This document shows, one piece after another, positions 23,621 to 35,556 of a stretch of DNA of 46,690 nucleotides. The notes beneath the pieces are model-generated. The model had not been told where the DNA came from, did no database searches, and saw only the letters and a list, made by a program, of their open reading frames with translations. The stretch comes from Priapulus caudatus (lineage: Eukaryota), in the NCBI RefSeq assembly GCF_000485595.1, contig NW_014577065.1, positions 49,696-96,385 of the forward strand, given 5' to 3'. Both the position numbers and the translations under genes were made by a program. How positions within the stretch are numbered: position 1 is the stretch's first letter; every line of letters begins with the position of its first letter.

Positions 23621-24706
23621 TGGCTTTATTGAAAGGACCATGAAATGTACTTTCTGCTGACATGCAAAGAGTAAGTGTCGGATAACCTTTTGACCCTCAA
23701 GAGGCGGGTTAAACATGGATAAATTTGTTTACTGTTAGAAAGAATTTGACTGCCGGGTTTGCTAGTAGAATCTATACATGCCTGGATGTATGAGGCTGCA
23801 ATGTCACACTGAAATTTCAAAAGCTAAATTTGGTTGAAGAAGGTTTATGCTCCTTAAATCGTATAATTTCTATTGCATTCTGTACTGTCAGTGTGTTACA
23901 TGTAACGTATGCCACTGCCAGTGCATGTGGTGGTGGTACTGTGTAGTTTTTGCCTGCGTTAATTAGTTACAGGTGGCAGCTCTCTATTTCAGTCTGTAGG
24001 CTTGCGTAGGTAAATGGATGAGTGCTTACCTATTCTGTCTTGCAAATAGTTGTTACTACTACGTACGATGGGAGCTTCCATCTTTAATCTGAAGACACTT
24101 AGACGTACGCGCCATCTCGTGGCAACTTTTATAACGATCCCAACGAACATTCCTTTGAGAAGGTTCCTGATATCATCCCTGTGCCTTCCACTGTTTCGTC
24201 GTGTATGTGAACACATTTGGGACTAACAGGGTTTACTAGAATCCCACCACTCCACCACAGTCACCGCAGTAGACGTTAGATGAGCGCTGTCGCTCCGCGG
24301 CACTTGTTCTTTTAGTTCTCATAACCATAGATTTATATACATAACTTATACGGTGTGCTCTCCGTCTTCTGTTCAGTTATATTGCAGACGTTTTCTTATG
24401 TGATTTTTACTGCCCTGTTGATATAGAAACCGATACAGCCATTTTTCCTTTGTATATTTTATACATTTATATATTTATTGGTATATATGTTTCTTGCAAA
24501 ACGAGCTCTGAATTTTTCTCATAACTATATAGACGATGTCTATAGTACTGTTATAATAAAGATTTGAGCATTTTACATTTTTTAAATAACCATATAGTAG
24601 CCATTTTGCATTCTTACTTCTAGGTGAAATTGTCATCCGATAATCTATGTATCTCTGTTTCACCGAGTTTACCATACATGACAAAGGCATACATTTATAT
24701 TTTCAG

Positions 24707-24854
24707 CTTGCTGGTTTATGCACATGATGGCTTCGAGTTTACTGTGCTTTGCTTTATTGTGCGAATTTTTGAAGCACTTGGAGCTGCCGGCTTCACTACT
24801 GCAACATATGCCATTATCATTGACATCTATCCGGACAACATCGGGACTGTGTTT
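24707..24854 (+). CDS. SLC18B1: SLC18B1-like exon (TM4)
   Basis: LLVYAHDGFEFTVLCFIVRIFEALGAAGFTTATYAIIIDIYPDNIGTVF; phase 2-0. Confidence 0.93.
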
Positions 24855-25421
24855 GTGAGTGGTAAAATAAATGTTTCTTGCTGTATATCGATGCAAGTCG
24901 TGCTGATATCCTCTGTATGATCAATGATAGCATAAACATATATACAGTTAGACTTGTCAGTTGTCACACATCTATTGAATAGACACCTGTCTATGAAAGT
25001 CACTATTGGAGTTTCCCCTGAGTGGCCTAGGTAAAGAATTCTTCATGCACACTTGCGATGTTATTTTAAAATTTAATTTTGTTTGAATGCTTATTACAAA
25101 ACTATATATCACTACCAAAATGTACTACTCCCAATCCATGAATGTTACATGGCCAATCTCAAAAGCCTGTAGGAGCTATAACTTACTGTTTGTTGTTCAG
25201 GTTATAGTTTCTATGTCTATCAATACTGACGTATTGTTTTTAGTGTGAAACACTGCTGCCAACAAATCTGCCCTGATGAAATATCTGTGATCAATCTCAG
25301 CTATGTAATGAGGATTTCAGTGTGAAATTTCTTAAATCTACAAGTTTGTACAAGTCAGTAGATATGTATTGTTGCAACAGTATGTAGTGATTTGCTTTTG
25401 CTAATGTCTCCTATTCTTTAG

Positions 25422-25584
25422 GGTGTGCTGGAGACTTTTGTGGGCCTCGGTATGATGGTTGGACCAGCGATTGGTGGTGTTCTATACAAAGTGGGAGGGT
25501 TTATCCTGCCCTTCTCTGTTGTCGGAGGGTTCATCATCTTTGTGTGTTGGCCTCTAAACGCCTGGCTCTTGCCCTCTTATGATG
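25422..25584 (+). CDS. SLC18B1: SLC18B1-like exon (TM5-6, antiporter motif C)
   Basis: GVLETFVGLGMMVGPAIGGVLYKVGGFILPFSVVGG...LLPSYD; phase 0-1. Confidence 0.95.
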
Positions 25585-25834
25585 GTAGGCAGACAGAGAC
25601 GAGTTGTGTAACTGCATGAAAAGTGTGTTTATGTGTGGGTCGATAGATATAAGTTTATTAAGATTAAGATATATGTTCAGTTTAGGTGGGCTTCTTTACT
25701 GGTTTTCTGTAAAGTATGGAAACTGGAAAGAGAAGCTGGGCTTAGGATCTACATTTCATTATGTTCAATACAGAAATGCTACTGCTGTCACAAATAGGCC
25801 TACTGATTAACATGCATTGCAATAAGAAATAAAT

Positions 25835-25895
25835 AATAATAATAATAATAATGATAATAATAATAATAATGATAATAATAATAATAATAATGATA
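25835..25895 (+). repeat. (AAT)n microsatellite
   Basis: Directly visible. Confidence 0.9.
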
Positions 25896-25970
25896 TTTAA
25901 GTAATTATTGGGTTAATTATTTTGAATTGATTTGATGTAATGTGTACTTACGTGTTCGGCTCAGTGTATG

Positions 25971-26275
25971 CAGGGTTCTTCCCAGGGATTTCAGAAGGCA
26001 TTGTGTTTTTAGATGGATGGGGAGTGCCTAAGAGTGGGCTGTACTCTCTTCCCATACATCAAAAAACCTGTAATGTCATTTTAAGGGGACTTTATTGTCA
26101 GTGAATTAACACGAAAAATAACAAACGAAATTGGAACATAAACATGTAATATTAATTAATGCATGTTGATTAGGCAATTTAGGCATGTCAGAGCATTTAT
26201 GGGATGTCATAAATTAGCTTCACCTTTGAAGGCATGATGAACCTGGCATGCAGTAAAGGCTTGGGGAGAACCCTG
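25971..26275. mobile_element. hAT-like MITE (CAGGGTTCT...AGAACCCTG)
   Basis: Short TIRs; flanks GTGTATG/GTATATG. Confidence 0.55.
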
Positions 26276-26377
26276 GTATATGTGTATTTATGTGTAAGCC
26301 TATTATGTCATATACAATGGTATCACTGTACTGCATACCTGAAGTATGGGCTGTAGTTTGTAATTTTTTTCTTACAG

Positions 26378-26517
26378 AAAAGTGTAATCCAGCACCTCCT
26401 AGTGATATGTTGAAACTGTTGAAGATCCCATCTGTGTTGCTTGTCTGTATCAGCATTTCTGCCGGTGCAGCTGTGTGGGGTTTTCTTGATCCCATCCTGG
26501 AGCCACAGCTGAGAAAA
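26378..26517 (+). CDS. SLC18B1: SLC18B1-like exon (TM7)
   Basis: (E)KCNPAPPSDMLKLLKIPSVLLVCISISAGAAVWGFLDPILEPQLRK; phase 1-0. Confidence 0.93.
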
Positions 26518-27119
26518 GTAGGTGATAGTCACGTGTGCTGTGAGAATAAGTCACTGTTCTTGTAATCTGTTTTTATAGCATATCCGATATGGTTAGACAA
26601 AGCAGAAGAAGAACGGCAAGTTTATATATTTGACATTTGTTATCGCAACATTGATTTGCCCTACTTGCAACAACGATAGTGCAGTGATAAATGGCTTGAT
26701 TAAGGCTCAGTATTAATATTTGGTATTGTGATGGCTGATTGTGTTGAAACTTTCAGTTCAAACTTATTGTTTTAGCTTAGTGAGTTAAAAGGCAAATTAC
26801 ATTTCTCCAAAACCTTGGAAATGTACGCACCCATGCCCGATTGCATCATGTATGGGGGAGATCAGGGGATTACCTAATTGTTTTAGCTGAAAACTTACTA
26901 TTGGAGTACGTCTATAATTATAGCAAAGAAAATAATGGGGAAAAATTTGTTGACGTGACGAAATTTCATGTTACAGACATGTTACTGTGTATTGAATTTC
27001 CGTGTGTAATTGAAGCCAATTAATTGTTTTTATCACTATAGTACTTGTATTATAATAATGCTCCCATGTTCCTCTACTATTACTTGTATCATTTAGAATG
27101 TAATATTTTTCATTTACAG

Positions 27120-27218
27120 TTTGATATCGGACCAGAATATTTAGGATTAATATTCATGGTTATAGCTACATCATATGCCCTGTTCTCACCCGTGTGGGGG
27201 TATGTAGCAGATAGAATG
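27120..27218 (+). CDS. SLC18B1: SLC18B1-like exon (TM8)
   Basis: FDIGPEYLGLIFMVIATSYALFSPVWGYVADRM; phase 0-0. Confidence 0.93.
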
Positions 27219-27554
27219 GTAAGATTCAATACATTTCTTATAAACACCAGTATGTCTTTATGGTAATAACTATTGGGGGTGTGGGATTGGGAGATAATGG
27301 GCGAGGGACAGGGATAGGAAAGAGTGAGTGAGAGAAATAGGGGCAAGGAGGGAGGAACGAGGGAACTGAACAAGAGGTAAAGCAGCTTAACTCAGTATCT
27401 AGAAACCACAAGAAGAGGAATACACACACTGCATGTTTAGTATTCAAAGTATGGTAAACCAACGGAACGGGTCTTCAATGGTGATATTTTACTTGTTAAA
27501 GTTACAGCGTGCTGTTTGTATTTGTGTATAAATTGCTAAAACATTTCATTCCAG

Positions 27555-27649
27555 GATAATACTAAAGGTCTGATCATAGCAGGTCTACTAATCATGATGG
27601 TGGCGCTATTGTTTCTGGGGCCATCACCACTGATACCTTTTCTGCCAGA
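27555..27649 (+). CDS. SLC18B1: SLC18B1-like exon (TM9)
   Basis: DNTKGLIIAGLLIMMVALLFLGPSPLIPFLP; phase 0-2. Confidence 0.92.
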
Positions 27650-27816
27650 GTGAGTCACAATGAAACTGTAAAGAAGCTAACTGTAAAACTGTAATAAAAC
27701 GCCGTGATAAACGAGATTTCACTTGTGGATTGGATTATCAGTTTCCTACTGGAGTAAAGTATTTATTACTTTAGTCCACAAACTGGACTTCCCTGGACTG
27801 GATAGATGTTGCAATA

Positions 27817-28826
27817 GGTTACAGCTCGCTAGTCCGACGGCCCAATAGTCCGAAAACCCACTAGTCCGAAAACCCACTAGTCCGAAAGCCCACTAGTCCG
27901 AAAACCCACAGGGGATGGGGTACCGATCTATACCTAATGTTTAATTAATTAATTAATAATTTTTTTTTAATTTTTAATTTTTTTAAATTTACATACATCT
28001 GATAATAACTTATCTTACAATGAAAAAAAGTTTTTACATTTGTGGTTAAACAAAATTTTTACATTTGTGGTTGACATGTTATGACATTTGTGGTTATTTT
28101 TACATTTGTGGTTGACATGTTATGACATTTGTGGTTATATATATTTTTACATTTGTGGTTGATTTGCCCCACAGACCCCAGGTCATGAATAATATTTAAG
28201 AAGGGTCTATACAGTCTGAATTGACGCCCGAGCATCAAGTGATGATGGGGCAGAATCTCAACCGCTACTACTAGTATACCGCTAAATACTTATATATATA
28301 CGTTATATATATATTATACGTATACTAAATACGCTTGTATAGGATTGTACATAGACATAATGCTGGCGGTTGGCAGTTGACGAGGGGCGGTATTACGAGG
28401 CTAAATTACGTACAAATAGATCCAAACGATCTGTACATTGGCATTTTCCTGGAGATAAGTGAGGTTGGCGGTATTACGAGGGGTGCCTGGGGCGGTATAA
28501 CGAGGTTTTACCGTAGTCTAGAATTTTGCACGCATCCACACACCTAGCTCCCCTTCCACCCACACCTCCCCCTACATCCCCCAAAAAATTTCAATTAAAA
28601 AATAAATAAAATTGAAATTTAAAATTAAAATTAGAAATTAAAATAAAAAAGTAAAAGTAAAATTACAAATTATTAATTGATTAAACATTAGGACTATAGA
28701 TCGATACCCCATCCCCTGTGGGTTTTTGGACTAGTGGGTTTTCGGACTAGTGGGCTTTCGGACTAGTGGGTTTTCGGACTAGTGGGCTTTCGGACTATTG
28801 GGCCGTCGGACTAGTGAGCAGTCACC
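27817..28826. mobile_element. Non-autonomous Mutator/foldback-like element, ~150-bp TIRs containing 18-bp tandem repeats, 9-bp TSD
   Basis: GTTGCAATA|GGTTACAGCTCGCTAGTCCG...CGGACTAGTGAGCAGTCACC|GTTGCAATA. Confidence 0.88.
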
Positions 28827-29131
28827 GTTGCAATAAGGTGTATAGACACATTGCATATTTTTGATAATTAAAATATATACACTGATATCGCGCATTACAT
28901 ATTTTGTAAATTATAGCCGCTAACCTCGGCATACGGAACAAAAATTACCCGTTACATAATTTTTTGAAAGAAAGTGCGGGTATTTCTAAAGTCGAATACT
29001 TAATTGTGATCGGGAGTGAATGAAGACATATTCTGCTGATGTGATACATGATGCTACAAGGTAGGTGGCATTGAAGAAACTGTTTAGCATATATAAATTC
29101 TGTTATATGTCACTGTTGTTGTTTTTTGCAG

Positions 29132-29227
29132 TACCTTGTGGCTAGTGATAGCATCTTTAGCAGTTCTTGGTATGGCTAACAGCCTTGCACTTATACCTAC
29201 GTTTGAGAATATACTGGATGCAGCAGA
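29132..29227 (+). CDS. SLC18B1: SLC18B1-like exon (TM10)
   Basis: TLWLVIASLAVLGMANSLALIPTFENILDAA; phase 2-2. Confidence 0.92.
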
Positions 29228-29407
29228 GTAAGTTGAAATACGGGTCGTTAATTTATACAATGACAAGCAATTTATGACAGCTAGACCATCTCAACTCTTA
29301 TTATAGTTATCTTTACATGTAGTTATATATTTCAATCAATGTTACACATTACCAAGTCATCACCTGCTCCTCAGTTGTAGGTGATATTTCTTGGGAATTC
29401 ATCCTAC

Positions 29408-29489
29408 CAAGAGCGTATTAAGAAGGATTCCTTCTTAATAAATTAACCCTAATGATTAAAAAGCATTATACCTTCTTAATACGCTCTTG
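29408..29489. mobile_element. Tiny CAAGAG hairpin MITE, 7-bp TSD
   Basis: ATCCTAC|CAAGAGCGTATTAAGAAGG...CCTTCTTAATACGCTCTTG|ATCCTAC. Confidence 0.82.
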
Positions 29490-29842
29490 ATCCTACCCAT
29501 AGTTCAGTTTTCTAATTTCTTACGTGTGCTTGTGCTTGTGTGCTTTTGCAAAAGCAAGTTATAACCATTTATTGGCAAACATGCATATGAAATGCATTGT
29601 GATATTACAACTTTCATATCAAACAAATAGGTAGTGGCTGGTTAATTTTTGTGAAAAATTGCTACTTTTAAATCGTTCATGTTTTCATTTTCAATTTAAT
29701 CTAGTTTTTTTTCTGTTTAAATCTTTTTTTAATTCCAGGATTGAATTTTACAATACATATTGTACGGAATGTCGCCAGGAAGATTTTTTTCCTTTGAGTT
29801 GAATTTGTTTTGGTTAGTAAGCAATATGTCTGTATATTGTAG

Positions 29843-29917
29843 GATTGCTGGGCTTGAGGATAATCTATCTACATATGGCTTATTAGCAGCACTGTGGGCG
29901 ACAGCATACTCATTAGG
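29843..29917 (+). CDS. SLC18B1: SLC18B1-like exon (TM11)
   Basis: IAGLEDNLSTYGLLAALWATAYSLG; phase 2-2. Confidence 0.93.
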
Positions 29918-30106
29918 GTAAGCCATAGCATAAGCAGTGCATATTCCTCTCTTTCGCACTCTCCAACCCACTCTTCTATTCCCCTTCTACCTTTCTTCGC
30001 TTCTTTCTCTCCCACCTATCACTGTCTCTCTTTATCTCCCACCTATCACTGTCTTTCTTTATCTCTGTCTCCCCATTTCCATTTTTTCTTTCTGTCGCTT
30101 ACTCTC

Positions 30107-30107
<1 letters not shown>

Positions 30108-30152
<45 letters not shown>

Positions 30153-30870
30153 NNNNNNNNNNNNNNNNNNNNNNNNNNNNNNNNNNNNNNNNNNNNNNNN
30201 NNNNNNNNNNNNNNNNNNNNNNNNNNNNNNNNNNNNNNNNNNNNNNNNNNNNNNNNNNNNNNNNNNNNNNNNNNNNNNNNNNNNNNNNNNNNNNNNNNNN
30301 NNNNNNNNNNNNNNNNNNNNNNNNNNNNNNNNNNNNNNNNNNNNNNNNNNNNNNNNNNNNNNNNNNNNNNNNNNNNNNNNNNNNNNNNNNNNNNNNNNNN
30401 NNNNNNNNNNNNNNNNNNNNNNNNNNNNNNNNNNNNNNNNNNNNNNNNNNNNNNNNNNNNNNNNNNNNNNNNNNNNNNNNNNNNNNNNNNNNNNNNNNNN
30501 NNNNNNNNNNNNNNNNNNNNNNNNNNNNNNNNNNNNNNNNNNNNNNNNNNNNNNNNNNNNNNNNNNNNNNNNNNNNNNNNNNNNNNNNNNNNNNNNNNNN
30601 NNNNNNNNNNNNNNNNNNNNNNNNNNNNNNNNNNNNNNNNNNNNNNNNNNNNNNNNNNNNNNNNNNNNNNNNNNNNNNNNNNNNNNNNNNNNNNNNNNNN
30701 NNNNNNNNNNNNNNNNNNNNNNNNNNNNNNNNNNNNNNNNNNNNNNNNNNNNNNNNNNNNNNNNNNNNNNNNNNNNNNNNNNNNNNNNNNNNNNNNNNNN
30801 NNNNNNNNNGTCTCTGTCTCTGTCTCTGTCTCTGTCTCTGTCTCTCTCTCTGTCTCTCTCTCTGTCTCCG
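30108..30870. repeat. (CT)n/(GTCTCT)n microsatellite interrupted by an assembly gap (30153-30809)
   Basis: Directly visible. Confidence 0.95.
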
Positions 30871-31501
30871 TTTCTGCCTTTGTCTGTCTATCTGCCCGTC
30901 CGTCCATCCATCAACCATGCGCACGCACACACTTGTGTTTCAAAGGCCAGTACACGCTACGATGTTGCATGCCGACTTTGTAATGCAACCTCATATGTTT
31001 TTATAATGAATTATATTGTGTACTGGAATGTATTGTGCATATGTCTGAGTATAACATGTATAACATGCCGCATGAGTAGTGACCACAGAGAGAAGAAGAG
31101 AGCAGGTCTTGTTGTATCGTGCATGCAACGTTTGACAGATTTAAACTTTTTTCTCTATCTACAAAAATTAAAGAACAAGTTTAATCATGTAGGATTTTGT
31201 CATTATGACTCATCATTTCTCTCATAACTGGTGGCATTGAATTTACCAGGGATATGTGAAATAACTGCCAGAATAATTTATCCGTATGAAGCATACTCGT
31301 GTCTGTAATATGTAATGAGCAGTAACTATAGCATAGCCAGGATTGCATACATGCCTGACTCAAACTTACTCGGAGTGCGCTTACGTGGCGAATGCTATTC
31401 ACAGTCTGTTTCCTTCGTCTATGGATTATTTATCATACAATTAGTGCACAATCACGAGCAAACAGCATGCGCATGCACGCATGCATACATATGCCCACCA
31501 T

Positions 31502-31595
31502 GGTGATACTCCATTAGGTGATATCAAAGTTGGGAACACTCCTAATAGAGCGTTAGCTTGTTTGTGACTATGGGCTAACGCTCTATTAGGAGTGT
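31502..31595. mobile_element. Deleted copy of the TTAGGG-MITE family plus an inverted terminal fragment
   Basis: GATATCAAAGTTGGGAACACTC shared with ~20550; ACTCCTAATAGAGCGTTAGC/GCTAACGCTCTATTAGGAGT hairpin. Confidence 0.6.
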
Positions 31596-31690
31596 ACATG
31601 CACACACCTATGGGAACATGCACACACCGTCACACAGGTATTATACGTACTGTGTTCATACAGTAAGTAACTATTCAGTTGGAATTGTAA

Positions 31691-31877
31691 AGCCCGGCGC
31701 ACACGTGAGTAATTTTACTCAAGTAAAATGATGCATGCGTCAAAATACTCACGTGTGCGGCGGATTTTCGTTGAGTATTATGCGTCAAAATACGCACGTG
31801 TGCGGCGGATTTTCGTTGAGTATTTTGACGCATGCATCATTTTACTTGAGTAAAATTACTCACGTGTGCCCCGGGCT
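31691..31877. mobile_element. PIF/Harbinger-type palindromic MITE, TAA TSD
   Basis: TAA|AGCCCGGCGCACACGTGAG...CTCACGTGTGCCCCGGGCT|TAA; TIR related to the 10745/18373 element. Confidence 0.88.
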
Positions 31878-32324
31878 TAAACCTAGATTATTCACAATCA
31901 AAGCCATATAATTGACATAGACTGTGTACAGTGTAGAAATGGCTTCCTCTATTTTATGTTGTCTTTGTTTGATATGCACTGAAGTGAAACTACAGTGGAA
32001 TTCGTACACGTGCATTCACCTGGCATTATAGCTCTAACAAAACAGTGTTGTTTCTGCTGAGCAGGTGAACGCAGTGATAGTTGGGCAGTGGCAGTGTAGC
32101 GTTAGGTGTTTGAATATGGCTTATTGTCCAGGTCCTGTAGGTCTATTGGGAAAAAGAGAAAAGTAAGTTCGTGTATATGTTTCAGATTGGTTTCATGGTT
32201 CTGTAGTATGCCTTCCGTATCCATTTGCGTGTAGTTTGTCATTATCAGATCGAAATAACAGTATATTTTCGTTGAGGTACTCATTTGTGTTTATACTTGT
32301 ATGTAAAGTCTGTATTGCTTTTAG

Positions 32325-32418
32325 GGAATTTATTGGTCCAACGGCAGGAGGAGCATTATATGAGAGCATAGGCTTTGAGTGGGGTACAACAGCAGTAGCG
32401 TGTTTTCTTCTAGTATTG
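32325..32418 (+). CDS. SLC18B1: SLC18B1-like exon (TM11-12)
   Basis: EFIGPTAGGALYESIGFEWGTTAVACFLLVL; phase 2-0. Confidence 0.94.
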
Positions 32419-32875
32419 GTAAGCACAGGCATAATTCCAATATCTAAAATGTTTCAATTTCTTATTTACCATGTATTTAGAAGCTGCCGTGCAAACATTT
32501 CTAAACTTACTTCACCCCTTTTGTAATTGACTCTGTTTGTGAGATAATTACGTTAATGTGCATACAAAAAGTTATGTAAATGGTATCTGCTTATAAAGTA
32601 CATAGGCTATATAATTGTCTGTTTTAGGTAGTGAGTTGTTTAAAACTCGTATACGCATAGTTATAAAATTTTATTAAATGCTTGTGATTAGATTTATTAG
32701 CAGACATGTGAAGGAATACTCGGCATACTTGCTTGAATGTTGGCAGCATTGAGGAATTAATTGAGCATTTATTTAGCATTAGCATTAGCACTAGCATTAG
32801 TATTGTTATTTAGCAATAGCATTTATTTAGCATATATTGAAATTAATTAGAAGTATCTTCATGTTATATTCACAG

Positions 32876-33112
32876 GCTGTAGTGTTCATAGTGCTCTGCG
32901 TCACTGAGTGGGTACGGGAGAAGAGTAAAAAGGAACAGCAGCTACCAGTCGTATCAGAGAAAACGCCCCTGTTAAAAAAATGTGGGTCTGTTGGTGACCT
33001 CGCTTCTCACCAGCAGAATGGAGCCATCATTAAAGAAAGTTGCCCAGAGTGTCAGTCATTAATTAGGACCTCGTCTCATAGAAACAAGGATTTACATGCC
33101 CTTTCGGTGTAA
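32876..33112 (+). CDS. SLC18B1: SLC18B1-like last coding exon (cytosolic tail with EKTPLL dileucine signal)
   Basis: cacag|AVVFIVLCVTEWVREKSKKEQQLPVVSEKTPLLKK...LHALSV*. Confidence 0.88.
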   Translation, partial: AVVFIVLCVTEWVREKSKKEQQLPVVSEKTPLLKKCGSVGDLASHQQNGAIIKESCPECQSLIRTSSHRNKDLHALSV

Positions 33113-33722
33113 TGTAAAGCGTTTCCATTTCTTTCCTGTTCAATGCCCATACGCCAGAAAATTTTATTGGTTTTTGCATTCTATCAACGTCAATAGCTAT
33201 AATGTACGTACCATTTTTTTTTAAAGAATCTATAGTGTTCAAAATGTGGAATTACATTTTTAGTAAACTCTTCATATGTTAGTCCTAGAAATCATATTAA
33301 AGTCTTCATGTATCACATAACAGAATTTGATCAAGTGTTGTTTAGTAGATTTTGCAATAGCTATTTTTTGATGGTCAACATTTTGCACAAATGTAATAAA
33401 TTATGATTATTATTGAAAATCTGCGAACAATAGGGTTTACATGCATGCTGTGTTTCCTCAGGATTGTACTTTGTTCGCTGATGCACACGAACTTAGATAC
33501 GAGTCATATGCCATTAAAATGGCGTTTTTAGCAATGAGTGTAATATAATTAGCTGTGGTTCTGCAAGTTCTTAGTTGTAGTCTTGGAGTGAGCTGTCACA
33601 CTTCATATGCATGCTCTCAGGAATATGTAATAAATGTGTATATTATGTATTCCTGCTTCCTTTGATATACGTCTTGGTTAATTTATAGCAAGCAACCCGT
33701 TTGTTACCTTTTTTTATAATAT

Positions 33723-33775
33723 CAAGAGCGTATAAAGAAGGTATAAATAAAGTATACCTTCTTTATACGCTCTTG
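33723..33775. mobile_element. Tiny CAAGAG hairpin MITE, 7-bp TSD
   Basis: ATAATAT|CAAGAGCGTATAAAGAAGGTATA...TATACCTTCTTTATACGCTCTTG|ATAATAT. Confidence 0.82.
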
Positions 33776-35318
33776 ATAATATCCCTTATATTTTCATTTA
33801 TATTTATTCATTTCATTTATTTCTTATTCTTTTACTCGCAGAGTGTAGAAAGAGCGTATGTAGGAAGAAACTGCGTGGAGGATTATTTTCCAGAATTACT
33901 AGTGAAACAGTGTAAAATAAATTGAATTGTGATACCTTATCATGTTGGCAGGTATAAAATTTGTTGTGAATTACCTGTGAATCAGTAGTTATTTTTTAAT
34001 TATGAAATGGAATATTCTATGACGATTAGTTAGTAGCTTAGACTGCACGACCTTTTGCTGCGAATTAACAAAATGAATCCTCAATCCTCGTGGGTTAATT
34101 ATTGAACTGTATATCTGTAAAGGAAAACAATTGGAAAATATTTTATTAAACAATTTGCATTAATAGATTTTGTAAGTTTTTTCTAGTTGTGCGTGACCAT
34201 TAATTAGGTATGTAGGAGGATGCTACATGAATTGATGCTATAGGGTGTTACAATTATATTGCCTCCCATCCGGTAGCCGCTGCGTAAAGGACAAATGCGT
34301 ACAACTATCATAAGTCTATAGGACCAAGTGGTTAAAACAGTTTCAAAAGATTCTTTGTGCAAAGACTATATGGCATAGCTACTTATTTTTTTAACGATTG
34401 AATCAACTGGAAATTTATCAGTCCATCTCACACGCACGCGCAGCTGGTCAACTGCCGAGTACGACTACAATAGCAAATATCTATACAAACCAGTATAGAT
34501 ACCGTACCAGTCTATATCGTACCAGTTTTACGATTGTTACATACAGTTATAAATAGGGTAGTAATCGTATTTTGTGACATTGTGACATTGTGATATTGTG
34601 ATATTGTGACATATAGTGGGTAAGGAAGTATCCAATGCGGAGATAATCTTAATTAACTGTGGCGTAAAGGCTTTACAGCTTACAGTGTGCTGCTGTTAAT
34701 GCTACAGTAAGAGCCGAGTGCTTTTGTGGGAGTAATCGTCACAGTTGAAATTTGTTGTGCCAGTCTTGCCACGTTAGCCAACTTTGTATATATATTAATT
34801 GCGCAATAGTGATTAACAGCGCCATTGTTGTAATAATTCACAACGTGTCAACAATGAGCTATGTAGAAAAGCACCGTGTGCCTATTATCTGTTATTTTGT
34901 TCGCTTACTTATTTATAGCGCAACACAGGTATGAAACTTTTTTGGGCGTTTTCAACGCCATACAGTGTACCAAGTGATATACACATGACATTCCCATGAC
35001 GTCCTTTATCAGCATGCCGCAAAGATTTGTCAACAGAAAGTTACTATCCAAATAGAAACACTGAAATGATAACCGATATAGTATAGGTTTCTAATCTAGT
35101 TTAGTTATCTTATCGATATGAGCATGCTCTGGACACGCGAGACCTAGCTCTAGTTCTATATCCCTCATTGGCTCTGCTAAAGGCCCAACGCGTTAGAACG
35201 ACGCCTGATCCACAGACGGATGTAAGCTAGGTCATGCCAGCGGAAGGGAAAACATTTGAAAAAAATGGTTAATAACGATGTTTTTATGACCGATATAGAT
35301 AAAATCCTTCGTAAATTA

Positions 35319-35389
35319 TCTCTCTCTCTCACGCACGCACACACACATGCACACACACGCACGCACGCACGCACACGCGCACACACACG

Positions 35390-35422
<33 letters not shown>

Positions 35423-35556
35423 ACACACACGCACACGCACACACACACGCACACACACACACATCGCCCTGAATCTGTTTCTGTCTGTCTGTCTGTCTGT
35501 CCGTCCGTCCGTCCGTCCGTCCGTCCGTCCGTCCGTCAGTCCGTCCGTCCGTCCGC
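35319..35556 (+). repeat. Compound microsatellite (CT)n-(CA/CACG)n-(GTCT/GTCC)n
   Basis: Directly visible. Confidence 0.92.

Noticed and set aside
29894..31006. 280-370-aa ORFs in the track
   Set aside because: Artefacts of reading through N gaps and microsatellites; the same applies to 36456-37074.
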